Of a stretch of 64,000 nt of DNA, positions 50,778-64,000 are shown piece by piece. The notes below the pieces were generated by a model that saw only the letters and a program-made list of their open reading frames with translations, did not search any database and was not told the DNA's origin. Position 1 is the stretch's first letter. Every line of letters begins with the position of its first letter. A program made the position numbers and the translations under genes. This DNA comes from the human T2T-CHM13v2.0 reference genome, Homo sapiens: NCBI RefSeq assembly GCF_009914755.1, contig NC_060938.1. The stretch is one strand, 5' to 3'.

Positions 50778-53021
50778 CTTGACGAGACTGTGCAGAGCCC
50801 ATTTCTGTGATTTGGCTGGTAACTCGAGTAAAAAGGGGTGAAATAAGTGTCCCTCCCAGTTGTATCCCGTGACCCTCCAGTTTGGTTCTCTTTGCACTAG
50901 AATTTATTATCAAAAACATTATGTTAAAACTGTTTACATGTTAGGGAATGCCATGTTTAACAAAATGTGTTTTCTCTGGTTTCTGTGTGGACACTAATGT
51001 CAAGCAACCTGACCTCTCTTGCCCTCCCAATAAAGTTAGTAAGTCCCCACTGAGATGGTCTTTGCCAATGCAGGGATTGTGTAAATGGTGGCTCCCTGGC
51101 AGAGAAAAGAATGAAACACCAGACAAGTGGTTAGATTTGGCAGGCAGCTGGGCTCCCCCTGCTCAATAATATTTCCCACATACTTTCTACCTGGTGGAAA
51201 TTTACTTTTTCCAACAGCAAGCTATTCTCTATTGAGGAAGGGCTTTGGTTATTAGCTGCCGTCACCTCTCTGACATTTGTTTTCATTTGATCACCAACTG
51301 ATTAAACAGTCTCTGGGTTTAGGCCTGAGAAGCCAGAAGAGAAGAAAAAGAGACAACAAAGGAAGAAATAAGCACCTGAACAGATCAAAATTCCTGCTAA
51401 ACTTGTGAGGCCAGTCAGGGACTGATGAGGCTTGAGATTTCATTCTTCTTAAATGTGTGGACATTGAAGGAAAGACAAGTTAGGGAGACAGGATAGCAGA
51501 AACGGTGGTCAGCAGGGCAGAGGTAGAAAATATGGATAAACCTCGGGAGACTTGGGAAGCAACCGCATTGGAAAAACCCAACTCTCTACTCCACTACCAC
51601 CCAGAGCACAGGCTGGAGCCTTCTCTCCTTGTATAGGAAGAAAAAAAGGAGGCAGCTCAAGGGTACAACACCAGAATCCACAGTCTCTCAAACTCTTTTT
51701 CTGTAGAAAAAGGTTATCAGCTACTCCTGCCTCATCAACAGGAAAGAGCAACTCTCCCCATGGGCAGCCAGCAGCATAGGCTCTTATCTGTAGTTCAGCT
51801 AGAAAAACAGTGAGGTCCATTCCACCACCCTCCTCCTCCCCAGACAATAACCCCTCCCACCATAAGACACAAAAAGGAGAGATCTACCACATAGGTTCCA
51901 GCCCCCTGAGTTTGGACACCTCCAAAAACTACCTCGTGTTGATGTTGCAGGCTTTTGGCTCCAGTTCTGAAATCATATAATGCTGAGTTCAAACCTCTCC
52001 TCTTCTTCTAACATATAAATTGCCCTCTCTCTTAGCCTAAAAAACTTCTAAGAGGAGTTGCCAGGTAAGCATACGGAGGTATGGATTTGGAACTTAGAGG
52101 ACTAGGCAGAAGATAAAAAGTTAAAAGTCAGTTGTTATTGGAGGTAATCAAAGCTGTGGCTTAGGTGAGATGGCCCAGAAGGAGCACAGAATGGTTGGAT
52201 GCCCAAGTCTGTCAGGAAAAAATGTCAAAATCTTTCCTCAACTCAAAAATCTTTCCTTTACTCAAAAAATGAGTAAATGAGATTACTGAGAGTTCTGGGC
52301 TCTGTCTAGCAGACCCTCCAGGAGTGATTTGATTCTTTAAAGCTGGGCATCATTGATTGTCTTCCTATTGGCCAGGCTATTTCACTACTCTCTAGGGGTA
52401 GAAGTTAATTTGTAGAAAACTAATGGAAATGCAGATGACTGTTGTCCATAGCACTGTGAATAAATTTTGTTCCCACAGACATAAAATTTATTTTTACCTT
52501 GGGGTGAAAAAGATGACCCTGACCCCAAGCATTACATTTTATTTTTCTACAATATATTATCAATTTTGCATCTATGAGCAAATTCATTTCTGCATTCCTA
52601 AGTATACTTATGTGTGCCTTCAAATTTTCCTTTGACCTGATTTTAACATACTGGTTTCTTCACTAAATAATAAGTTACATAAAGCCTTTGATGTATTCCT
52701 TTTGTATTTGTGTGAGAGTCTTGATTTTACCTTCTTGAAAATTATACTTTAGCAGGACCAAGGCCTTAAGGATGGTCAACAGAATAGTCAGAGGAGCATG
52801 GCCTTGCAAAGGAGATGAGCTAAGAGCAGAAGCAGAACAAGAAGCAGGAGTGTTTGGGCACAAAAGTCAAGGTAAGTCAAGGAAAAAAGGAAGCTATCAA
52901 CTAAATCCAAAAGGCATTTAATTAATTTCATCTTACTAGACCACACAACTGCAACAACAACAGCCCTCCATGCTGCCCTGCACCACCAATTCCTCATACA
53001 AGTTAAGAGGCAACCTTTTCT

Positions 53022-53417
<396 letters not shown>

Positions 53418-54590
53418 TGACATTTACATAACCAAGGAAGCCTACTGAAGCCTTCTTTGAAGAACAAGGAACATTTACTTCAAAGTGATTCTCTATTCTC
53501 AACCTGATTGAATCAAATGGTACTGAAAAAACAAGAAGAAAAACCCCTCGAATTTAATCAAATTTAATTAAAAGTTTGTGCACCCCTTTTAATAGAGGAT
53601 ACATACCCTGCTACACTAACAACCTTAGAGATTGCCTCACTGCATTAACATCCATGAAGGCAATCAATTGGCAAATTTGATCATTCCCTTCGTTTCTAGC
53701 TCACAGATGGGAAAACTGAAAAGAATTGTGCAGCTGTGTCTGAAAGTATGTAAATTACTCAGCTCCCTCAAACTTGTTCTTGCTTTTTAAGTGAGCTTAA
53801 ATCTGGATAAGCCCAACTTCCCCCTCTTTTTCCCATGTTCTGACCACCAGATAGATTGCATATATCATAGCAAACACCTTCTCCTGTCATTTTCCAACTG
53901 TGAGAACCTGTAGAAAGCAGGAGCAGAATGTGGAAAAAAATCATTAAAATCTGACAAATAGTTTTTTAAAAGCAAATCTTCCAGGTGTTGTTCTCTAACC
54001 TCAAAATGCATAAGCCAGAGGATTATGCTTGAAGATGCGCCTTTTTTTTTTTTTAATTCCCATTTGTCCAGGTTAAAGGAAAATTCCCCAACCACTAACA
54101 GGCATCATTAGTTTTCATTTGCTGAGCACCCAATGGATGGATCAGCCTCTTGAGTTGGGTGCTCTACTGCACCACCTGCTATGATCTCTCCAGGTGTATC
54201 TGCAAATGACTCTTGAGCTAACAAGCCTGAAGTTTTTCTGCTCATCAGAAGGGCACTTAAAGAAATTACCCATTTGCCTAGAACTGGAGGCAGCTGCAGT
54301 CACTGGTATCCCAGATGGTCCCACTTTTTAGCATTACAAATCCTAGAAGAACCTGACAGTACAATAGAGCTCTCACCCCAGCATCCACCTTCTCACTTGC
54401 TTCTCAAAGGCAAGATGTCAAAGATGCACTCGTAGTCATTTTCAAGCTTTAGAGCTTTTGGTACCTATCAGAGAATAAGCGCAGCCCAAATACATCAGAT
54501 GCCATTTGTGAGTGCATGCCAAAAATACCTTTGGTAAATTCCAAGATGCGATTCTTAAACTTGATGAAATATTAGTGTAATTGTATGAAC

Positions 54591-54609
54591 TCGCCACAAG
54601 ATGGCAGGC
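54591..54609 (+). promoter_or_regulatory. Candidate CTCF site
   Basis: TCGCCACAAGATGGCAGGC matches the CTCF core CCASYAGRKGGCR with one mismatch; lies in unique sequence. Confidence 0.5.
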
Positions 54610-56449
54610 TTTAACTTCCTAAAGGCAACCTAAGCTTTTTTTTTTTTTTTTTTTGGCTTTGATGCCTGTAGGGTTGGGGGGGACACTGAAATGACAAGCT
54701 GTGGGCAGAGGCATCTACTCGTTTATTAATATTACCAGGCACAGCTTGAGGAGATCTCACATCACTTTAGGGAGCTGATTTGTTTTGGCATTTGGTTGAA
54801 GAAGAATTATTCCCTAATCATTTGTCAGGTGAGATGCTTTTAAATTTTAGCTCTTGCCCTCAGAGAAAACAATGTCTGCCAGAAAGATTCACAGCAGGGG
54901 CATGTGTATATGTGCAGAATATTCACCGGCATGTTAACAACACAGCAATGTTGTTTTCCTGGAGTTTCAGAGAATAAAGAATTAACCCAGGGACAAAATA
55001 AATGTTAATATACATAACTGAAACACACAAACAAATCAGAGGGGGGAAATCCTATTAATAGTAGCTCGCAAATACTATTTCCAACTATGTTTATAATGTT
55101 CACCATTAATCCTGCTTTCTCTTTGTTACTTCTAATGACTCACCTACTAAGAGAGTCAAGAAAATAAAGATGCAAAAATCTGTATTTTAAGATGTCCAGC
55201 CATATCTTCAAAAAGCAGAAAACAGAAAATCTGTTGCAACTTGTTTAGAAAGAGAGAATTATGCACTCGTACCCGTGGGGAAATCTACCAGTTAGGGAGA
55301 GGACCAACTAAGGCTGGAAACAAATGAGGACAGGGACCCACACAGGGGATGGTGGTTCAAACAGAAATAATCTAGGATCTCTTGAACAAAATGAGGAAGT
55401 AATTTGGTTGCATTTGGATCAAGCAGATTTCAGAGCAATAAGAATCAGGTAAGGGCAACAGAGAGAGTTAATAGGGGGCATTTTAGACTCACAATTAAGA
55501 TATAATTTCCTCAGGGCCTTGGAAATAACAATAGCTTTCAGAAGGTCATTAGCACGCAGACTTGGAGATTACTTCAGCCCATCATGTTCATAAAGACGCA
55601 CTCACGGGTCCACCCCACAAGAGCCAGTAATTAGATTCTACCACTCCCTGTCCCAAGCAGTCTTGCACAGTGACCGTTAACCTCGGCCCCAGAGGTGGGA
55701 GAAGTGATCCGAGAATGCTGTCTGCACAGGTCAGGGCTCATAAAGGCAGTAGCAATTAACCTCCCTGCAAGCGTGTGTCTGCCTGGGAGGGGTGGGGGAG
55801 TGCGCTTGGCAAATTAAAATGCATTTATAAACAGTAGGTTAGAAGAGCTCAGAGGAAGAAGAACCTTGTAATGAGTGATGGTTATTAATGATCATTATTA
55901 TCCTTGTCCTGACCCAAGAACTATTTCTTAGAATGTTTACTTAGTATGCAAACTGGAGCTCAAACATAAGAGGCTCTGAAACTCTGCTGTTAAATCTGCC
56001 GGTTTTATAGAGATAAGAAATGGCTCCATGAGTGAAGTTCCCTTCCTAAAAGTTAATATATATAAATGAAAATGTTACAGCCCCCACATTCCACCAGAAG
56101 AGAAACAGATCGATTCTCTGTGTGGTGACTCCCATAATGGAGGGCATTAGGGCAGGTTTAACATGAATAAGATATTGATTTCCCCTTGTTACTTGATTCA
56201 ACTTTATTCCTTTTGGATTGCCAGAGGCCTCTGTGACAACATAGGCTGTGGTCTGGAGAGCAATTGGGAGCTGTATTTTCTGGTCCTTTATTTATTCATT
56301 AAAGTTTTGCACTAACAATATCTCAGTGAAAAAGAGAGAATTCAGTGAAACTCCACAAGTATGCCTGATCCTTTTTAGACTTAATAAAGAAAGTAAACAG
56401 GTTATTTTAGAGGCACTGAGAAAGGAACAGGCAGGCCATTCTTAGTATG

Positions 56450-56885
56450 GTTTATGCTATTTGTTGAGGATTTTTTGTTGTTGTTAAAATTTTATCATTT
56501 ATAAATATAGTCCCGATAATATTTTATATACTACACAAAAGGATTTTTAGGGAAAAGGGAACATCTCCTCTCACATACCTTCCTCTCTCTCCTAATCCAC
56601 ATGTCCCCTGTTGGTAGCACTGATAACTTGGATATACGTCCAGGATTCTCTGTGCTTTTGTATGCATACACACATACAGAGTTTTATGAAAACAGAATTA
56701 TGCCATCCATGCTGTTGCAGAATTCAATAGGTCTTGGATCTTTCTATGTCAGGATAGAGAGTGTCCTCAGATTTTTAACAGCTGCATAGTATTCCACAAT
56801 AAAAATACTCTCTCACCTATTTAATCATTCTCCCACTGACCGGCTTTCAGAATGTTTTCTGTTTCCAGTTGCTACAGTGATGCCT
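56450..56885 (-). mobile_element. Old L1ME-type 3' end, antisense
   Basis: TTTTTAACAGCTGCATAGTATTCCA...TATTTAATCATTCTCCCACTGA. Confidence 0.65.
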
Positions 56886-57486
56886 CGGGGTTCATATACC
56901 TTGGCCTCACAGAGAGTCCCTGGACATGTGGGCAGCCAGAGGAGAGGCAAAATGGTGGTGGAATGGGTCTGGGATGGCAAACGTATGTCCTGGAACTACT
57001 ACCTCCCTGCTCTGGCAGCCTGTGGCCCCAGAGACAGGCTCAAGAGAATATCTGCAAAGTTTCCCCACCCCTGCCTAATCCCACCCCATCCCCACATCAC
57101 TCAAAACAAGACGGGTGCAGGTGAGGCTGAGAATCAGCTGGAAGACCTGGGGAAGCCTCATATGTAAGATGAGAATGTTGAAACTGAGTAAATGTGTTGG
57201 ACACAGTGACCTGAAGCCAGGGAAGTTGCGAGAAGTGGACACTTCAGCAATAGACAGAGTGTTTAGAGCCAACACAGCAAAAAGAAACAGACACATAGCA
57301 GCAGAATCCACAGAGGAAAGCTCTGCCCAGGGCCACAGGCAGGAGAGTAGGACAGAAGGGGAGAGAAGAGGCAAGTCTGAATTGCCTGAGTATTTATTCT
57401 AAAGATACTGAGTTCAACAGAAGACTCTCAAATGTGCTTTGAATTGGCAAGCTTATCACCACCAGTGAAAAAGAAGAATTGAGCAT

Positions 57487-57945
57487 TGTATTAGCTTTCT
57501 ATGGCTTCTATAACAAAACACCACAAACTGGGAGGCTCAAACAACAGAAATGTATCATCTCAGAGTTCTGGAGACTAGAATTCAGAGATCAAGGTATCAA
57601 CAGGGTTGGTTCTTTCTGAGTGCAGGGAAGGAGAGACTCTTTTCTATGCCTGCCCTCTAGCTTCTGGTGGTTCAGCGGCAATCTTTGGCATTCCTTGGAT
57701 TCTAGAAGCATCACTTTCATCCCTGCCTTCATCTCCACATGAAGTTCTCCCTGTGTGCATGTCTGTGTTCATTTCCCCTTTTTATAAGGACACCCTTCAC
57801 ATTGAATTAGGACCCACTGTTATGTCCTCATTTTAACTTGATTGCCTCTGTCAAGACCCTATCTCCAAATAAAGTCATATTCTGGGTACCAGAGGTTAGG
57901 ATTCCCATATATCTTTTTGAGGAGGACACAATTCAACCCATAACA
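57487..57945 (-). mobile_element. Solo MaLR LTR, MLT1B/C-like
   Basis: TGTATTAG...AATTCAACCCATAACA; TSD AGCAT/AGTGT (both derivable from AGCGT). Confidence 0.88.
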
Positions 57946-58362
57946 AGTGTCAAATTTGGGGAAAAGAAATAAAGTTCTACTTTTGCATACCTGAATTATG
58001 TAGACTGGAATTTTTACCCCCAAAACTATTTTGCTTGCATCATAGGAAAACTAATAGAGAGCTCTGCCCTTGAAGATGCTTGAACTATAGCCTGAAAAAA
58101 TGTGTTTCCATACTATATTGTCTCTAAATTCAGCAGAATTGGCAAATAATCCCTTGAATTTCACTGCCTTACCTCTGCAAAAGTAAGACCCTCGAGGTTC
58201 CAGGAAAGACTCCACTGGCCACCAAGCCCAACAGAGAAGAGGCCCTGGGGAGACGGCAGAATAAGTTGCCATGTGGTGAGAGCTGCATTGCAAAGGTGTG
58301 GGAGGAGACACCTGGGACCAGCCAAGGGGGCTTCTCGGGGTGCCTGGACAGAGCATAGATTC

Positions 58363-58422
58363 CTGAGAGCAGGGAGCAGGACAGGAGCCAGGCTGAGAGC
58401 AGGGAGCAGGACAGGAGCCAGG
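58363..58422. repeat. Perfect 30-bp tandem duplication
   Basis: CTGAGAGCAGGGAGCAGGACAGGAGCCAGG twice. Confidence 0.96.
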
Positions 58423-58918
58423 AAGCTCAGCTGATGAATCTTTTTGAGAGGCAGCCTTCCCAGGACCCATCACCTATTCATGATTTACTTTCCTGTTCAT
58501 CCCAGGAAGAGCTAGACAGTGGCCTCAAGGGGTGGTCTCCAGGTGCCAACCCCAAAGGTCAGTCCAGGTCTCCATGACAGCATTTTGAATGGCCAAGTAG
58601 AAAGCAGGTAAGGTTCATGCCACACTCAGAGAGAAAGAAACTTGTCAGAGCCAATTTGCTTTCAACTAGTAAATATCTGAAATAAGGTCAGCAACTCGGC
58701 AGCAGGAGGCATTTTGTGAAGCTTACGAAGGACTGCAGTACCTGCCATTCTTTCTTGATAGTTTCTATAAGACCTCACACACTGACAGAGATGGTTATGG
58801 AGCTTGCTCAAGGCTGCTGTTGTCTTTGTATGTGTCAGAAGCCCCACAGGTCCTTGGAGGGTGGGTTTCTCAGTACCAACAGTGGATGAACTGTTGGAGA
58901 CTACTGCAGGACATTTCT

Positions 58919-59232
58919 TTTTCTTTTCTTTTTCTTTTTCTTTTTTTTTTTTTTTACTTGAATGTCTGGGATACATTTGCAGAACACGCAGGTTTGTTAC
59001 ATAGGTATACTTGTGCCATGGTAGTTTGCTGCACCTGTCAACTCGTCATCTAGGTTTTAAGCCCCGCATGCATTAGGTATTTGTCCTAATGCTCTCCCTC
59101 CCCTTTTCCCCCAACCCCTGACAAGCCCCAGTGTGTGTTATTTCCCTCCCCGTATCCATGCCTTCTCATTGTTCAACTCCCATTTATGAGTGAGAGCATG
59201 CGTTGTTTGGTTTTCTGTTGCTGTGTTAGTTT
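58919..59232 (-). mobile_element. 5'-truncated L1PA8-like 3' end
   Basis: T-rich tail then CTAGGTTTTAAGCCCCGCATGCATTAGG (PA8-type); TSD ACTGCAG(G/T)ACATTTCT (58903-58918 / 59233-59248). Confidence 0.9.
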
Positions 59233-59454
59233 ACTGCAGTACATTTCTACTTGAGAGCAGAGCTCAGAAAATGTCTTGTGTCAAAATTAACAAAAATCAC
59301 AGAGAGAAGCCACAGGGAGCTGGTGAGTATCTCACATCTAACTGCTAGATGGAGTTTTACTCCGTAAAGCAAAAATTGCATATCATGTGCACGTATCTAG
59401 CAGACTACTTGTCTAATAGAATATGGTAAATAAACAACCTGAGTCTCTCACTCT

Positions 59455-59670
59455 CACTAGGATGGCTTTGGGCATCTTTTTCTGTACTGGCATAGAGTTC
59501 CCCAGGGGCAGAAGCTCCAGTTGCCCAAGTGGTGACCTGCTTGATAACACCCTTTCCTTCCTTGACTCAGTTCCCCCTTCTTCTACTGGTGTTCCCTGGC
59601 ATCACTTCCCAAATGAACTACTGGCACCCAGATCCTTGTCTCAAGGAGTAGCCAGCCTGGGACAACCACC
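59455..59670 (+). mobile_element. LTR16-like ERVL LTR fragment
   Basis: AGCTCCAGTTGCCCA...CACTTCCCAAATGAACTACTGGCACCCAGATCCTTGTCTCAAGG. Confidence 0.65.
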
Positions 59671-61829
59671 TGCTGTTTCACCAAGGTGTAGACCATGTTC
59701 TGAACATGGATTTGCAAAGAAACCTACTCTGTGCTCACCACTGTGCAGGCTGGAGGAGAACACAAAGTGAGCAGAAGACAACCTCGAGACAAGCAGCTAG
59801 TGAGGACTGTGGATGAAGGTAGGGAGATAAGTAGGTTTCACTGAGAAAGAGAGGGTGGGTGTAGAGGAGCTATTTTCTCCCCCTGTTCCTACATCAGATC
59901 TTAAAATAAGAATGTGTGCCCTCTTGGTATACTGGGGAGAAAGTCCTCCCACTCTCCCCCCATCATCTGCATTCCCTCCATGTCCCATCTGCTGGTGCAC
60001 GGAAGTGTCCTGAGCATGTGGCTAGCTCTCACTGGCTCTCTTTTGGACACCATCTGCCCATAACCCTCAGGTGATTTCCTTCACACTCCAGACTTTTCCA
60101 CGATATAAAAGTCTACCTTTCAGCCCTGTGGAATCTCGCTTCCCTACCTGTGACGAGGTCATAAGTTCAATTCAGAGGGGGAAGACTATGAAGTCCATAT
60201 TGCCCTGGACTCTGAGCCACATTCCCCTGGGACTGGAATAAGATAGATACACCCAGCCATTTTGGACTCCTATGCCTAGTCCTCAACTGGTTCAGGATTC
60301 AGAGGGCAGATGGCATGATTAATCAACACTTTCAAACAACAACTGTCACCAAGTATGCTACTTTCATGGTGGCGCAGTGGGAAGAGGACTCTCTCCCTTG
60401 CTTTTCTGGCAGGAGTGTTTCACGGCTTCATTTTGCGGACAAAAGGTCTCATGGTTGACCGAGAAACAAATTGCCAGCAGCAGGCAGCAGGAATCATGCA
60501 GCCCAACTCCAGGTGCAAACATCTGGCTTCTCTCTGATTCATTTAGTGAAGATTAGTTCCCCTCACATCTCCAAACTGGCTGCTCTAGAAAGCAGGCCCA
60601 CCTGAGTTGTAGCATGAGAAAGGGAAGTGTTCTTAGCCAAGTCACTTCCCATCTCAGGGCCAGAGAAAGCCTGCCTTTTGTCTCCTGCCTTCTTTCCCAG
60701 ATCCACATTGCTATATCTCCATGAACAAATATGTTTTTCTGTCAGGTCTTTGACTTCCAATTGACTCTGTGCTGCAGCCAGACCCTAAAGTATCTCACAC
60801 CCAAACTCATCTCCATTTGCATAGATAATCTTAAGCCTCTTCCAGCTTTAGGACTCTATGATACTATGCGTCCAGAATTCCCTATGCATAGAACATCTTA
60901 ACCCTTCGATTTCCCCCAGCCTGAGAATCACAGCCCCTGCCCCCACCACCACCACCTAGAAGTTGTATAACTGTAAATAATCCCCTGAAAATCCACTGCC
61001 CCACCTCTGCAGAGGAGAGACCATCAAGGCTCCAGGAAAGACCCCGCTGGCCACCCAGTTCATCAAAGAAGAGGTCCTGGGTGGCAGCAGGGTAATTTAC
61101 CCATGTGGTGGGTCATGCACTGCAAAAGACAGACAGCATGTGCTGCATCACTCAAGACTGGACAGAGAGGCAGAGGTAGACAGACAGACCAGATCCACCC
61201 CAACCCACGTAGACCCTATCTCCCTCTGGGCTCATGAGAAACTCATTTCTATGACAAAGATTGGTAGTGGGAGAGAGATAATGTTTGTCACAGTGAGATC
61301 ATGTGAAACAATTATTTCAATGCCCCAGGCACTGGCCTACATAACTTCAGTAAGATTGATCTGGGTTAACACCAAGGGAGTTTAGACAGTGGTGGCGAGT
61401 TCACTGTAATGGGATTTGACCAGAAGGACATTTTCCCTCTTCTTGGGAACTCTTATTCTCCACAACCTGCCATTCCAGGAAAGTCGCAGGCTTCCCACTG
61501 GGGCGGAGCATGAGAGAGAGGCCTCAACCCCAATAGAAAAGTCAGAACAACGTGAGCAATTCTGCGCTAGGAGAAAGGAAACTAACCAATTTTCCATCCT
61601 CTGTGAAATGGGCACAATTCAGATTCAAAACAGATGTTTTACCTCCAAGGTAAACATATGAAATGTCACTTAGGATCTCCAGCCCAAAAGCCCTTTGACA
61701 GTGTAGCGGAAGGTCCCTGGCCTGGGGTCTTTTCTTCAGCCACACTTACAACCAGGTTGGACAATGAGGACTGATACTAGTGTAAGAATACCTCAATGTA
61801 GTTATTTGTGTTTATATCTTACCTCTGTC

Positions 61830-62000
61830 CTAGCGGCAAGGACCCTGGATTGGGAGTTAGGAACCCTAGGTTTGGGCTTGGCTCAGCACTGAAAAGCTAG
61901 AAATCATGAGGAAATCTTTCACCTATTCTAAATCCCACTTCTCTGCTTCAGAAACTAAATGGATAAACCAGGACACCTCTAAGGTTCCTTCCATCTCCTA
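61830..62000 (+). mobile_element. MIR (MIR3/MIRc-like) fragment
   Basis: CCTGGATTGGGAGTTAGGAACCCTAGGTT...CTCTAAGGTTCCTTCCA. Confidence 0.6.
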
Positions 62001-64000
62001 AAAATATCTCCATTTGTATTCATTTTAAAGATACAAAATGGTTTAATTGCTTGCATAGGCCATATTCAGGAAAAAGGGTAAAAAAGGCAGATAATGAAGA
62101 GTAACACCTTTTTCAAGACACCACTAAAAAATAATTTATATTTCAAGACTTCCATTCTGTTCTTCTTGGAAAGACTGAAAGAAATTCTTTCTTTTATCTG
62201 GTTGCCAGACAACCTTTATATTGAGGCTTTCATTTCCCTTTTCAGAAAAGAAATTAAAAAATCTAGCTTTGCGTACCTGGTTAGAAGCAAAAGCTGACTT
62301 CAGGTGTCCCTTCGGAAGAACATGAATTACAACTGTCCATCAGTAGTTTGACTGATATTGAAAGAATATAAGGAGAACATTTCAAGATGGCTGATGAAAC
62401 TAAAAATGGCTAGCAGAGACTGGAGGCTAGAAGAAGCTACAGAAAGAATTGATAATTAAATTGTGTATTGTATTTAGTGCTTCTTTATTTTGCAAAGATG
62501 TCTTCCCAAATAGTGTTTCATCCTCATAGAAGCCTTTTGAGGAAAAAGGAACAGATAGTCCTTTTTACCTGATGAGTGAATTACATCCAAAAGGATAAGC
62601 AACTTGCCTTCATTTTCATATCATTTTCATAATAACAGAATAGGTTTAAACTTCTTGTGGGGAATGAATTTAGTGACCTCTGAGATCTCTTCCAATTCAG
62701 AGATTCTCTGGAGCTCAGGTTTCCAGCCTCCCCAGCTTGGTGCTTGGCCTCTGGGTAAGCCTCTACAGAAGACAAGGTTATTTTAATCAATCAGCTTCCA
62801 CTAGATCAGCAGCCCAAGAAGGGCCAGTACAGAGAAAGATGGGAAGATACACAGGCAGATTAGGAAGTGTCACTCTAAGCACAGAAATCCAGGATTACTT
62901 TTGTAGGGGGAAAGGAGAATCACATTTCCCTAGGCTCAAGCCCCTGGGATAATATTTTTTCCTGGGCAACCAGGGCACCTCCACTTAGTTAGGGCTCAGT
63001 GCAATGTTTTAGAAAGAAACAAAAAGAAGCTCAATTGTTGGGACCCTTAAATTAGGATACAACCAAACTCAGCAGAGTAAATTACTTTATTTGGGGTCTC
63101 TATCATGATCCTGCTAGTTGCAGGACTGAAGACCACTTGTCATATTTTAACTTGTTTGTTTATATGTCTATCTTCCCATTAGACTGTAAATCCACCGAGG
63201 GCAAAAACTGATGAAACATTCAGGTAGATTTAAATTAGCAGGGAGAAACCACAACCACTTAAGTTGTAATCTTCCATGCCTGCTTTATTTGTCCAAGAAT
63301 GCCAGAAGCAGCAGGGAAGCCACCTGGAGCTGAATCAGAGGAGCAATTCTCAGCACAGCTTTCCTTGGTGCCCAGAACACCCAGAGAAGCTGGGCATTGT
63401 TGCCCAGGCCTAATCCTTTTATACCCACACTCACATCACTATTCAAGAATACGCACATACGATCCATGCCTTTTATAGGAAATACTTCCAGCTAGCCATC
63501 ATCTTTGTGGTTCTTGAGCCAAACCCAGCATAGGCAAGGCCACATTCAGAGGGAGAAGTTGGATGAGATAGGAGGGCAGAAAGTGGAAGCAAGTACCCAG
63601 CTATTCTTCAACAGTATCTCTGCCTCCCTGTGCTCAGCAGGCTGAGAATTCCAATTCCGTGCCACTTCTTATTCCTGTTTTTCCAGTGTCTATACAATGT
63701 CTATTCCATGTTTTGCACATTCTATGGAATGCTGGGCCAATGGTTTGTACAGTGAGAAATGCACTTTATATGCATTTTCTAAAGGACTACTCCAGTTGAC
63801 TCTTAGCTAAGTTCCCATCTCAGCACAATGCAACACCTTTTTTGCTCCCTTCCACCAACCACTGTGAACTTATCAGTAAGACATTTGCATGTCAGAGGGT
63901 GGAAAATAAATCCAACTTAAGTTCACTTCTACCTCAGTGAAGTGTCTAGGGGTCCAGTGTTATTGGGCCTGCTGAGATATCCCTCCTGAGTGAACAATAA

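Noticed and set aside
58051-58473. 140-aa ORF with a repeated PGSCPAPCSQ motif resembling keratin-associated or cornified-envelope proteins
   Set aside because: The peptide repeat is just the in-frame 30-bp DNA duplication; the start codon is non-ATG and there is no other support.

Overview
This is human-type (primate) non-coding genomic DNA, most likely deep intronic or intergenic; an AluYa5 with all five diagnostic bases points to Homo sapiens. Well over half the window is interspersed repeat. L1 content comprises a full-length but ORF2-deleted L1MA (9.9-16.8 kb), an L1PA7-like element (28.2-33.9 kb) nested in an older L1M, and a nested L1MB/L1MA cluster (42.7-49.9 kb). There is also a complete THE1A provirus inserted inside an AluJ, solo MaLR/ERVL LTRs, hAT and Tigger MITEs, MIR/L2 relics and microsatellites. 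I find no credible cellular protein-coding gene, RNA gene or CRISPR array; the long ORFs are decayed L1 fragments or repeat-derived frames. I cannot support a new biological system here. The most interesting signals are: (1) the L1PA7 5'UTR lacks exactly the known L1 intra-5'UTR intron, so it is a spliced retrotransposed element (SpIRE-type), and it has two nested pairs of flanking direct repeats; (2) a 97-bp copy of a nearby homeobox-site-rich segment is captured inside a (TA)n tract and has lost all three CpGs; (3) several templated or inverted repair scars; (4) a degenerate two-period monomer array in an old L1 5'UTR; (5) an isolated 57-nt hairpin; (6) candidate CTCF sites, enhancer-like blocks and a possible minus-strand exon. 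Repeat subfamily names come from recalled consensus features, not a database search, and boundaries of old repeats are approximate.
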